DNA of 64,000 bases, taken from Eledone cirrhosa. Taxonomy: Eukaryota. The translations under genes and the position numbers were made by a program. The stretch spans positions 339,698,001 through 339,762,000 of the forward strand of contig OZ024740.1 in the NCBI GenBank assembly GCA_964016885.1, in the 5' to 3' direction. This document shows, in pieces, positions 25,905 through 38,202 of this stretch. How positions within the stretch are numbered: position 1 is the stretch's first letter; each line of letters opens with the position of its first letter. Under the pieces are notes generated by a model. It saw nothing but the letters and a program-made list of their open reading frames with translations, made no database searches and was not told where the DNA came from.

Positions 25905-26320
25905 ATGGGAGTGAACTTGGAGTTGCAGAGATGGCTGGAAAGAATGGAGATGAGAATAGTTCAGTTGACGGCTGGAGTATCACTTAGAGAAAGAGGAGCA
26001 AATGAATTGCAGATTATGGGAATAGAGCCAGTGTTGAATGTTGTGAAGAGAAATGGAATGAGATGGTTGGGTCATGTGTTAAGGAAGGATAATAATAATG
26101 AAATTATTGTGTACAGTGCTCAGGTGCACTACAACTCATCAAAGGTGCATATATAGTACATAGAATAATGTACAAATGTCAGGAAGTGATTAGGAGAGAT
26201 AAGTGGTAGAACTGTATGTGGAAGGAAGTAGTAGAAGGGAATGACTAAGAAAGATATAGCTAAAGATGACACAGGAAGAAATGGAAGCAAAGGGTTTGAT
26301 GAGAGGAGATGCTGCCAATA
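25905..26320 (+). mobile_element. RTE (BovB-like) 3' fragment with a nested CR1 3' tail
   Basis: ERMEMRI..TAGVSLRER...RNGMRWLGHVLRKD interrupted at AATAATAAT by ~95 bp (26095-26190) matching the CR1 tail TGTACAGTGCTCAGGTGCACTACAACTCATCAAA. Confidence 0.7.
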
Positions 26321-27004
26321 TGGCTTGCCCCTACTTTAGAAAGTAAAATGCCTTAACATGCTTGTTGTTGTGTTGTTCTACACTTATACACACCAGGAAC
26401 TTTTACTGACAAATAGTCTCAGCAATGGAAATACAGTTTCCTTGGTCCAATCTGACAATCAGCACTTTTCCTTTTCTTTACTTTTTACTCACCTAAACTT
26501 ACATAGTAATGGTATACAAGAGTTATTAGTCTACAATGTGTTTCATTTTACATTTACAGTTAACTATTTAATATTCATACATTAAAACAAAATCATCTTA
26601 CAGATTACTGGATAAATTACTTCTCTTATATTGCTACCTATTTGAATTATTTCTATTATAAAAATCTACGTAACAGTTATTTATTTAACATATCTCTTTA
26701 TTGTGAAAACAGTTTTCTATATACTTGTATTCTACCACTAAAACACATAATCTACACTTTAATCCACCTACCCTCATATATATAATTGCTATTCTATTCA
26801 TTCTAATATATTCTGTGAACATTCAAAACATGAAATGGAAGTCAGTATTTAACATTCAGTTGGAATAAATATATATTTTGCTATTTCCTCAACTTGGTAT
26901 TAAATTGATTTTTTTTTTTTTTAGTTGAAGTTTTTCTTCCAACAAATAAACATAAACTTATGAAAGCCTATGAATTATTGAAGTACTGGGTGATTTGAAA
27001 TTTC

Positions 27005-27224
27005 AAAATGTAGGAATCCCAAACACAGGAAATAACTGAGCAATTGATTGCTATAAATAATAGATTAGAAAATCAAGTAAAATACCCCTAGAGATGGAAA
27101 AAAGTGGCCAAGAGCTGGATACTTTTTTTATCTATAGGGGTATTTTACCTGATTTTCTAACCTATTATTTATAGTGATCAACTGTCATTACAGTTATTTT
27201 TTGCATTTGGGATTCCCACATTTT
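27005..27224. repeat. Fold-back element, ~100-bp imperfect inverted arms with ~15-nt loop
   Basis: AAAATGTAGGAATCCCAAA...TAGAAAATCAAGTAAAATACCCCTA...AAAAAAGT versus ACTTTTTT...TAGGGGTATTTTACCTGATTTTCTA...TTTGGGATTCCCACATTTT. Confidence 0.8.
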
Positions 27225-27729
27225 CAAAATACACTTAACATATGTACGTATGTTCTTCTGGTTTTATCATTTTATAAATGTTTTACCAATAGAGAGAGTC
27301 GGTTTCTAACATAAACACAAGACTCTTTCATTGGGATTTAAACAGCATCAACTAGGTAGATAGGTATGCATATCTGCATGTATGCATGTGTGTGCAGGTA
27401 TGGATGTTATTGTATGTGTGGATGTGTATGTTTTGAGTTATATGTGGACATGTGCATATGTATGTATGTGTGTGTGTGTATGTATGTATCTATGCATGCA
27501 CACACAATTGGTTTCCACACAGTTTTCTTTAACAAAATATAACTCACAACCATGGATTTGACAAAACAGAATTTTCCAAAGGTCCATACAACAATATCAG
27601 ACTCAGAAAAATGTGATTGAGAGGTGAAATTCTTGACCATTTAGCCATGCCTGGTTTCAAATCTTACCAATATGGTAACTCACTCTGTAAGAAATCTTTT
27701 TCAAATCATGTCTGACTATCTTAAAATAA

Positions 27730-29696
27730 CACTGTGTAACATATTTTTTGTTCCTCGGTGTCATTTCATGGTTTGTTATATCCCATTATTATAAAAAAAC
27801 ACTATTATTTAATCAGAAGTTTGGGTTTGTGGTCAGGAGTTTGATATTTCGAAATTTTCATATTTTTCAAGAAAAAACACATTTTGTTTTAATTTATCAT
27901 ATAATTTATTCATATAATTAAATCAACAGAGTATATATTTATTTTATTACACAAGCTTATCAAAAGCAAACAAGTAAAAACAAATAAGACTTATTAAGGA
28001 ACTTATACACGTCAGAAATGACTGGATTTCCTGGATTTGCGGTTGTATTCCCGCACTAACCCCCAGATATAGTCCCCCATCATTTTTTCATTGTAGTGGC
28101 CCTGGTACCTCTGCTCTATCTCTTTCACATCTTGGTGGAATCGTTCGCCTTGTTCTTCTGAGTAGGCGCCCATATTGTCCTTGAATTTTTCCAGGTGAGC
28201 ATCCAGCGTATGGAGTTTAAGCGACATCCTGCATCCCATAGCTCCAAAAGCCTTTATCAGATCCTGCACCAGTTGCTGGTTGTTTTCAGCTCTGTAGTTA
28301 CCCAGGAAGCTCTTAACAACTGCCTTGAAACAGTTCCATGCTGTTCTCTCAATCCTATTGAGCTTATTGGAGAACTTGGTAGACTCAAACACCTTCTTTA
28401 TCTGAGGTCCAACAAAAATTCCACCTTTGATTTTGGCCTCAGATAACTTGGGGAAGAACTCAAGAAGGTACTTAAAAGCGGCTGATTCACAAACTGCTTC
28501 ATCAACCCCAAATTAATGTACAGTGGCGGCATGAGCACAATCCTGGGATCAACCAGTGGCTCCCATGTGATGTTCCAGGTCCCAACTACAAATTCTGTTC
28601 GCTGCTCCCAGTTCTTTCTTTTGTAGTGGTCAGAGGTGGCTCTGCTGTCCCAAAGGCAGGGGAAGCATTGGAATTTGATAAAGCCTCCTTGGAGTCCAAG
28701 CAGGAAAGCCACCATCTTGAAGTCTCCAATGATTTCCCAATTGTACTGGTTGTATTGCAGAGCTTCCAAGAGGACTTTCACACTGTAGTAATCTTCCTTC
28801 AAGCAGACTGAATGAGCTAGGGGCAGTGTCGGGAACTTGTTTCCATTGTGGAGAAGGACAGCCTTCAAACATGTGGTGGAGCTGTCTATAAATAGCCGCC
28901 ACTCCTTGGGCACAAACGGCACCCAATAACGTCAAACAGTCCAGGCACATCATGGCAGAAGCAGAGGCCATCCCTAAGAGTGTAAAAGCCTGAGAAAGGT
29001 TTGTGTCGACTTCTCTGACTTGTCACCTACACTTCCTCCTTGACCAAGTTCCACTGCTTCATCCTGGAGACAAATAGCTCTGCATTGGACTTGGTCAGAC
29101 CCATATCCCTGACTAAGTCATTGACTTCTTTTTGGTTTGGGAAGTGAGGAACTTTTTTTGGTACCTCAGGCAGGTAATCTAAGTCCTCAGCATCCATCTC
29201 CTCCTCTTCATCAGAATACTTGTCTTGGAAAATAAATTTGATATGCAAAATACAAAATAAATATTGGAAAGGAAAATACATATTTAAATAATATAAAAGA
29301 ACACTAATCATACTAATGAAAATTCGTGCTTAAAACACAACTTACCCTTTATTCAGGGTGCGAAAATCCAGTATCAATAAATCTCTTTAATCCACTTTTT
29401 AACAATTTTATACTTTATTGCACTTTTATAATTTTCTTTAGGTATTACTCTTTATTTTATAATTTTAATTTACCCTGAAACATATATAAAAAAATCATTT
29501 AACATAAACAAATTAAACTTACATACAACATAAAATCCAGCATATAAATAATTCTAGTGAATAGCTTAGAATTTTTACAAACCCAAACTTTTAACTGTTT
29601 AATAGCACTTTTTTTTTTATTTGGGACCTAAGCAACACAAAAAAAGTGATTACAAGCCAGGAACAGAGAAAAAAAAAATTTTTTTGTTAGACATTG
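27730..29696 (-). mobile_element. Chapaev3-like (CMC superfamily) DNA transposon with both termini
   Basis: Ends CACTGTGTAAC..TTTTTTGTTCCT and (reverse complement) CAATGTCTAAC..TTTTT..TGTTCCT; flanks TAA / TAT (degenerate 3-bp TWA TSD); internal transposase. Family assignment is from motif recollection. Confidence 0.7.
28012..29225 (-). pseudogene. Disrupted DDE transposase (Chapaev3-type)
   Basis: NQKEVNDLVRDMGLTKSNAELFVSRMKQWNL; EWRLFIDSS..LKAVLLHNGN; GDFKMVAFLLGLQGG..K..CF.CLWDSR; MSLKLH.L..HL..F..N.GA.SEEQGERFHQD; split by frameshifts and stops. Confidence 0.85.
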
Positions 29697-29773
29697 TATG
29701 TCTGAAAATCAAAAATAAAGACAAAAAAGATGGGAAATGGGAAGGTCACAGACAGAATATCTCTTGATCAGAG

Positions 29774-30054
29774 TTCTAATAATTGTTTCTACTTTTGGCA
29801 CAAGGCCAGCAATTATCCCAGTGCATTACTGGTACTTTATTTTATCGACCCCATTAGGATGAAAGGCAAAGTTAACCTCGGCAGGATTTGAACTCAGAAT
29901 GGCAAGGGCCGTAACTCTATGCATGAAAGCATGGTGTCCGACCCTCTACCGATACTGCCAATCCATTCTAATAATTGTTTCTACTTTAGGCACAAGGCCA
30001 CTAATTACCCAATGCATTACTGGTACTTTATTTTATCGACCCCATTCTAATAAT
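29774..30054 (-). mobile_element. Family-A SINE plus second partial copy with triplicated target site
   Basis: TTCTAATAAT at 29774, 29966 and 30045 brackets a near full copy and a 5'-truncated copy. Confidence 0.85.
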
Positions 30055-31968
30055 GAAAGATGGGTACAGCGGCAGAGACAGAGGCAGTGATAGTGGGAGT
30101 TTGGTTCCTTTGTATTCAGACCTGGTGTGTTTATATATATATATACATATGTTTCACGGACACACACTCACACTGAGGCAATTTAATTTGATATTTAACC
30201 ACATTCAGGGTTGATCTGGGGCTAAACAATGTAAGCAATTTACATTATAGCACTTTTCTTTCACTCAGTTTTTTTCAGACTACAATAGTATTAGACCAGT
30301 CATTGATTATCATTTCTAAAAAAAAGTTTTATCATGTCAATTACTTTAATATGAAAACAGATTATATAGTGTTAGAGTACTTTTAGAAATTAATATGTGA
30401 CAAATTCCATCTTCTGATACTGAAAATGTTTTATTTTAAGTGCCAGCAACAGTTAATTCACAGATTTGATATAGGATATAATTAGCCTAATTAATTCTTT
30501 ATTTCACTTGGGGGCTTGAAAATATGGCATCGTTCTGACCTTTTAAATTGTTCTAAATTGTTTATCCTTTTTTTTTCTCTGGAGAAAATGCTTAATTTGA
30601 TTAGAAAGTAAGAATCAAGTTTCATTTCTTCATAAGGCAGAATACGTGTAACATTTTTTTAAATAAAAGACAATACATTGTATACAAACTTCCCAGGAAT
30701 GGCAGCTTCGACTTTTGACAATAACATGACTATTGAGTTCTTGGTATACTCTGAACATCACCATCACTATCATCATTATTATTCAACGTCCATCTGTTTT
30801 CCATGCTAACATGGGTTGAATAGGTTGTAATGATCTGAGATAACAGTTCAGATACCATGCTTTGTTCATACATTTCATATTTTAGCATGGTTTCCCTCAA
30901 ATCAAACATACTGTCTTAGAAAAGGAAGGGCACATTGGATAATGCAGTTGAAGGTGGACTATACCTGAAAAAGAAAAAGGAGATAGTCACTGTTGGAATG
31001 TGTATCTTAGCCATGCATGAACTATGACTAACCAATAATCACCACCATTATCACTACCATTTTCATTATCATTCTGCTCATTACTACCATCATCCTCATC
31101 ATCATCCCCATCTTCATTACCACTATCATTCCCACCACCATCAACATCATCATCAGAATCAGTGTCAGATTCATCATCATTATCAACATCATCAGCAGCA
31201 ACATTATTATTACCATCCCCATTTTCCCATTGCCTCTATTGTCAGACTCATCGCCATCATCCTCATCATCATTATTCATTATTAATTTCCGTTACCTGTA
31301 TTGTCAGCTATAAGTTTGTCACTATTTACTCTGTGTCTTGTAAATATTTCCCCCATACAGTGGCAGTGTTGTTATCTCTCAGTGGATTTCTACAGATAAT
31401 AATAGAAACTCTTGTAGCTTATTTGTTAACAAATACCATTTATAGAGTTCATCTAAATACTATTATAGTTATTGTGTGCAATGTTTGACTTTGTATTTTA
31501 TTATTCATTTGTTATTATAGATAGATGTTCAGAACACACATTGTAGAATATAATAAAGTCAGCTATTGAATAGCAAACTCCTCTCACTTAATGCCAGTTA
31601 TTGCTGAAACATAATACGTTCACACTCAACCATTGAAGATGACACTAAAAATCTATCAACTATTTTTCTGTCGCTTTTGTAAAGCTGTCCTCTTTCTCAT
31701 CCCTGCATCAGAATAAGGGTGAAAAATATCAACAGAAAGAAAGCTACATTAGTATTCAATAAAGAAATTGTTTCATAATTGTTGCCAAGTCTCGTTTCCA
31801 ATTATTTTTAGATGTTCTACTTTTGGTGTGTTTAGCTTTTGCGGCTATATTGATGCATGTATAGCAACTCTGTTTTACATTCATGTATGGTTATATGCTG
31901 TTTATATATATTTATATATGGCAGTTGTGTGTTATATCTATGTGATTTTATAATATATATTCATATAT

Positions 31969-32358
31969 ATTCATAGAATAATGAGAAGAATTCAATGCAA
32001 GAAAGCTGTTAAAACAGCAAAATGCCATTAATGACAGTGTCGAGTAAAATTTACCTCAAAGGACAGAAATCAGTGGCTAGAAGTTTGTTGGCCCACAGAA
32101 GTGATAGGAAGAAAAAGGGAGAGACAAGATCACACAAACATCTTTTAACCGCTTCATCTCTCAGACCAGCTGTGGTTTCATATGATTTAACTTAAGAGTA
32201 CCACATAAAATTGCTGGCTCACGCAACACACTTCTAGCCACAGATTTCTGTCTTTTGAGGTAAATTTTACCTGACACTGTCATTGACAGCATTTTGATGT
32301 TTTAACGGCTTTCTTGTGTTGAGTTCTCATTATTCTATGAATTCTAATACGCTCGAGA
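31969..32358. mobile_element. Fold-back element, ~120-bp inverted arms, 3' half of hammerhead-like motif in spacer
   Basis: Arms 31969-32090 / 32224-32342; - strand spacer GAAAC-CA-CAGC-TG-GTC (32179-32164); TA-repeat flanks. Confidence 0.65.
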
Positions 32359-32362
32359 TATA

Positions 32363-32462
32363 CAGGGTGTCCCCCAAAAATGTATACACACTTCAACAGC
32401 ATTCTAATAAATATTGCCTGTACAGGTAATCAAAGAGTGTATACATTTTTTGGGATGCCCTC
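32363..32462. mobile_element. 100-bp Tc1/mariner-type MITE
   Basis: TA|CAGGGTGTCCCCCAAAAATGTATACAC ... GTGTATACATTTTTTGGGATGCCCTC|TA. Confidence 0.8.
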
Positions 32463-32519
32463 TATATATATTACAGCTCTATGTTAAATATGTGGTTATA
32501 TAATATAGATTTATATATA

Positions 32520-32680
32520 TGCAGAGACTTGACTGTGTGATTAAGGAGTTTGCTTCATAACCACAAGATTTGGGGTTTGCTCCTATTTCTTGGCTTCATG
32601 GGCAAGTGTCTTTTAAAGCCTTGGGTTAACCAATGCCTTGTGGATGAAATTTGGTACACAGAAATTGCAGAAGCTTATCA
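32520..32680 (+). mobile_element. tRNA-derived SINE (family C); further copies near 15520, 27500, 33480, 52460, 56940, 58545
   Basis: (GG)CTGTGTG.TTAAG.AGTTTGCTTC..AACCAC, GGGCAAGTGTCTT and ACCAATGCCTTGTG.ATGAAATTTGGTA motifs recur. Confidence 0.6.
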
Positions 32681-34689
32681 TATATACATATATGTGTGTG
32701 TATATCTGTTTTTTATGTCTCATAACTTAGTGGTTGAGCTGAAATAAGTACCAGATTTGAATAAATAACTACTGGGGTCTATATGATTGACTTTAAGGGG
32801 TTGCCCCAGCATGGCCATGGTCTAATAACTGAAACCAGTAAAAGAATACAGCAGCTCTGTATTACATATATACAACAGCTTTCTGTTATCTCTCTGTAAA
32901 TATATATTTATATATAGCAGTTTTGTGTAATTTCTCTATCAACATTATCAGCATCATAATTTTTCCTTCTATTTTCCCATGCTTGCATGGGTTGGACAAG
33001 TCCTCTCCAGCATGAGCTCTTACCATGTGTCACCTTTCTTTGTAAAGTTCAGCATCCTGAGATTATCATTCACCACTTCATCCCAAGAATTCCTCAGCCT
33101 ACCTCTTCCATATCTTTCTTCCATTTCCTCATCTATATGTATTACATGTCTGTACCAGATGTAAACTGCATCTGATTCCTCTTGTGCTCAAGTTTCAGTA
33201 ATGATATAGAATGGCTACTAAGGAGTTATGACTGCTGTTTAGGGATTTAAATGGTATGAAAGTGGGTTAGGGGTGAGGTGTATAGCGACAATGAGAATAG
33301 TTACTATAGTGCAGATGCTGGAAGGGTAGGGGTGTCACGTGGAAGGGTCAGGTCATATTTTGGTGGGTCTCCCCCAGTACAGCATGTTGCCAATCCTCAT
33401 TTTCCTTTATCATTTACTATGTCAACAGTGAACAAAAAAGTGACATACATACACACACACAAATACACAAACATCTGTAATGGGCTTTATACAGTTTTCC
33501 TCTGCCAATATCCCTCATAGGACATTTGTTCAACCAGAGACTATTATAGGGGACCCTTATCAAATGTGCCATGTGGAGAGGTAGAACCAAAAACCACATA
33601 GCTGTGAAGCAAACTTCTTAAACATAAGAAGTTCTGTTAGTGAAAAATATCTATTAGTCATTAGAGAGAGAAGGAGAGTGGGAAGAAAATATTAGATTTC
33701 TGAAATATGTCAATAGTTTGTCATATTTTGATCTTGTGTATAAATATCCGATGACCATCAATTGACAACCATTCTCTTGCTAATTTATTGCGCTTCCTCC
33801 CATATCTCTATAGCCATTTCCAACAAAGTATATCTATTACATAATCTCTGCTAATTAGTTATCATTATAGAGGTTAGGTTTCAGCAAATGCTAATGATTA
33901 AACAAGGGACATTTAATTCTTGTCATTCAACTTAAATAAAACTTTACCAATCTATGATGAGATACTTGTTTGTTTTGTTTTTTCAGTGAAGGCATGTGGC
34001 CTAGTGGTTAGGGCGTTGGGCTCATAATTGCAATATTGTAAGTTCAATTCCTGGTCTAGACAACATATGTTCTGAGCAAAATCTTCATTTTACATAGCTC
34101 CTCTATTCAACTGAAAAGGAGTACCAGTAGCAGATGGTATCCCATCCAAGGAAAAGCCTTATACTCTGTCATTAAACACCAATGAAATGAATATAAGCTC
34201 TAATCTGATGAACAGTTTGCATTACAACAAAAATAGGAAGACATTGCAAAATGTCCCTCCATTAGCACCATTATATACTTATATAGAGATATTATATACT
34301 TATATATAGATTTTATAAACTTATATATAGATATTATATATAAGCTCCAGTATGTTAATTTTCAAGTAAATTTTATTACATTTTCAGCAGTTGTTTTATT
34401 ATTATATCCCTCAAAAAATGTTCTCATTCTTGAAATATATGGAAAAATCACAATTCATAAAAAACAACAGTTAAGTTTTGTTTATGGATGTAATGGACAT
34501 TAGCAGACATTTAATGTCAGTATTTACCAAAATATTATTACTTTTATACAACACACTACTGCCCTGTAAGCTATATCTATACACACATACATGCATATGT
34601 ATATATATAACCTTGCTAGCCTGGAAAGCGGATGTTAAATGATGATTATGCTGCTGCAGATATATGCATACATGGTCTCACACGCACAC

Positions 34690-34991
34690 AGATATATATA
34701 CATATATATATGCATATATATATACATATATGTATATGTGTATATACACATATATATATATATATAAATAGATATATATGCATATATATTTATTTATATA
34801 TATATGTGTATATACAAATATATATATATGTATATATATATATATGCATATATATGTGTGTGTATATATATATATATATACAAATATACATATATGTATA
34901 TATAAATATACATATATGTATATTTGTATATATACACATATATATATAAATAAATATATATATATATATATATATACATATATATATACAA

Positions 34992-35028
<37 letters not shown>

Positions 35029-35036
35029 TGTATATT

Positions 35037-35079
<43 letters not shown>

Positions 35080-35098
35080 GTATATATATATTTATTTT

Positions 35099-35130
<32 letters not shown>

Positions 35131-35235
35131 TATATATGCATATATATATATATACATATATATATATTTGTATATACACATATATATATATAAATAAATA
35201 TATATATGCAAATATACATATATGTATATATATAA

Positions 35236-35320
<85 letters not shown>
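34690..35320. repeat. Long compound (TA)n microsatellite
   Basis: Direct inspection; interspersed TACAAATATACATA units in both orientations. Confidence 0.95.
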
Positions 35321-35322
<2 letters not shown>

Positions 35323-35641
35323 CACATACACAAAATTATTTCTTTTTTATATATTTATACTTACAGGGTATCCCATAACAAAAATAATTGGTAAAACGAT
35401 TTAGCAAAAAATAGTAATAAAAGCTATTTTTTATGCATAGCAGAACAGAGTTTCTTTTTAAATAGATGGAATTTATGATTTACTCTGTACATTGTTCTCT
35501 TACAGAACCATTTTCTTTATATTCTAATTCCAACTGTGTTACTGCTTCAAAGTCACATATAAAATGTTTCATTATTTTTGTAATAGAGACAATTAGGATA
35601 ATACTAACCCCAGTAATGATAATGATATCTATTATTTTTAA

Positions 35642-35862
35642 CCCTTTAGCATTTACATTACTCTATATTTACTATTATATTTTCATGGTAAAGACTTTAC
35701 CTTACATAATTACCTCACATAATATTGAATCTATGAGATATTGATATTATTTATTTTGAGAACAATACCTTAACGTCAGTATGAGTGGCTGGTTACAACC
35801 AGTTTGAACAGAAAGAGTTGAGAGAATTCTGGCCAGATATGGCCAGCTTAAATGCTAAAGGG
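35642..35862. mobile_element. piggyBac-type MITE, intact ends
   Basis: TTAA|CCCTTTAGCATTTA ... TAAATGCTAAAGGG|TTAA: perfect 14-bp TIR and TTAA TSD. Confidence 0.88.
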
Positions 35863-36812
35863 TTAAACTAGTCAGCCAATGCTGTCAGTAATGATGGCAA
35901 TAGCATTGAGAATATTTAGTGTTTGGAGTCCAGGATTGGTAAGCCATATGTACGAAGATTAATGGATATATTATACAAACTGGTAAATTTAAGTTTTGAT
36001 AAGTTTGCACAAAAAAAAACTTTATGTTGATTATTGACATGTGGAAATCCTTAAAGATAAGAATGATATTTTAATCATTTATTTGTAGGATGGTATGCTA
36101 TGGTCCCATAACTCCTGATAGTCGTAGGGGCACTGTATTGACTTACAGCATTTCTTGGGCAGATTCCATTGCTCTCTAGGCCTGAGTACAGATTTCTTCC
36201 AAATATAATTGTATAAATGTTCAACATATATGTACAAATGACATACAGTATTAAATGTATGAATAACTTTATAGAAATAACTATTTACTGGGACAAATGT
36301 ACTGCTAAAACCCAGGATTGGGAAGCAAATTTGATGTTGCTGAATCTTGAGCAAAATAAATGGTACAATGTTTGTTTTGTTGTCTTTTGTTTTACTGTTC
36401 AGTGACTCTGTGACTGAGAGCAGTGTGGGAGTTATTCTCAAACTGAAGATCTGGCCCAGCTGCTTGCAACACAGTGAACTCGGTTAATACTCCCCAAAGG
36501 CCAGCTGGATGACAGATTAAGTTTACCAACCCAGTTGGCCACAGAAGGATTTTAATGCAGAGCCAGAATTAACACTGTAAAAGATATCTTTGCTGGCCCT
36601 CTAGCAATTTGGCCAATCCACTGCTCTAGATATGTACTTTATTCTACTGTACTAAAAGGATAAAATACAAAGTTGACTTCAGCAGGATTTGAACTTAGTG
36701 GGTTGTTGTTATTTAGTACAAGGCCATTCCTGATTGAGCAGCCCTATGAACAAATGCATTCTAACAATAACCATCTTCTTTTAGTCATATATGACTACAT
36801 TATAAAAAGTTG

Positions 36813-36989
36813 GCTTGGCAGTATCGGTAGAGTGTCGGACGCCATGCTTTCTAGCATAGTTACGTCCCTTTACGATCTGAGTTCAAATCCCGCCGAGGTT
36901 GACTTTGCCTTTCATCCTTACGGGGTCGATAAAATAAAGTACCAGTAATGCACTGGGTAATTGCTGGCCTTGTGCCTAAAGTAGAAACA
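36813..36989 (+). mobile_element. Family-A SINE with 14-bp TSD
   Basis: A and B boxes intact; ATTATAAAAAGTTG on both sides. Confidence 0.9.
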
Positions 36990-37553
36990 ATTATAAAAAG
37001 TTGCTATTTTTAGCAGATCAAGCAACCACTTAGAAGCTATTCTGTTTATTTGTGTTCCATTATGGTGTTGTTATTGATGTGATTTAGCTCTTGGTCTACT
37101 CTAAGTGAGCAGGCTTATTATCAAATGTATTCCAGGCAATGCCATCTATTTTCAAGGCCCATGTATTATATAATATTCCATTATTCAATGTAGTCTAACC
37201 CTTTGAATCTTCATTGCCTGCCATGGGTTGTACATGTCCAGAACTAGGCATCTGCATGAAAATCACTGGGAAAAAAATATATTTGTCAATTAAACAACCC
37301 TACCAAAAAATATATCTATAAATTCTTATCCAATCAAACTTCATTTGTTACTCATGTGATACTTGAATAGTATGGAACTACTACTACACCATGTGAAGTA
37401 CCACAGATAACATTATGTTTGTATGTCACTGTGATATACCAATTCACACTCACACAGACATACAATAATTCATGACCCATTGTTTTAGGCAAAATAAGTA
37501 ATATTTGGCTTCTTCACCAAACTTTAATAAATTTGTTTATGAATAATAAATAT

Positions 37554-37683
37554 CAGTCCTTGCTTTATTATAGTTTAGATATATCATCATCATCATCATC
37601 ATCATCAGGTTTAACACGGACGCTAAACCTGATGATGATGATGATGATGATGATATATCTAAACTATAATAAAGCAAGGACTG
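37554..37683. repeat. Perfect 60-bp-arm palindrome with 10-nt loop
   Basis: 37554-37613 is the exact reverse complement of 37624-37683; the centre is an RTE-type terminal tail ACACGGACGCTAAAC..(GAT)n. Confidence 0.95.
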
Positions 37684-37740
37684 CGGGACTGCGTACGGTT
37701 TATTTCTTTTAATCCAGTTAGTAAAATAAGTTGGATTACT

Positions 37741-38087
37741 TTGAATAAATAATTGTTTCTACGTTAGGCACAAGGCCAGCAATTACCCAGTGTATTACTG
37801 GTACTTTATTTTATCGACCCCTTAAGGATGAAAGGCAAAGTTAACCTCGGCGGGATTTGAACTCAGAATGGCAAGGGCCGTAACTCTAGGCGCCAAAGCA
37901 TGGCATCGGCGCATAGAGTTACGGCCCTTGCCATTCTGAGTTCAAATCCCGCCAAGGTTAACTTTGCCTTTACTTTGAATAAATAATTGTTTCTACTTGA
38001 GGCACAAGGCCAGCAATTACCCAGTACATTACTGGTACTTTATTTTATCGACCCCATAAGGATGAAAGGCAAAGTTGAATAAATAAT
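37741..38087. mobile_element. Rearranged family-A SINE cluster (fold-back plus second partial copy)
   Basis: ~64-bp inverted arms 37831-37894 / 37908-37971; TTGAATAAATAAT at 37741, 37975 and 38075. Confidence 0.85.
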
Positions 38088-38178
38088 GAATGAATATTAC
38101 ATAATTTATGTGCTAAATCTCGTAAACAAATAATTTCGTAAAAATAAATAATTTAAAATTGACTTCTTTTCAAAGTTG

Positions 38179-38202
38179 CACTTCCGGTATATCGTCGCCA
38201 TC
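38179..38202. promoter_or_regulatory. Candidate core-promoter motifs (ETS CACTTCCGGT and YY1-like CGCCAT)
   Basis: Motifs adjacent within a locally CpG-retaining non-repeat segment; no transcript evidence. Confidence 0.3.

Noticed and set aside
34632-35404. Long Y/I-rich ORFs (also 3583-4395, 25355-25657, 42973-43386)
   Set aside because: Read-through of (TA)n/(CA)n microsatellites that lack stop codons
36079-36441. 120-aa non-repetitive ORF
   Set aside because: No recognisable motif or splice signals; could be decayed TE sequence or chance
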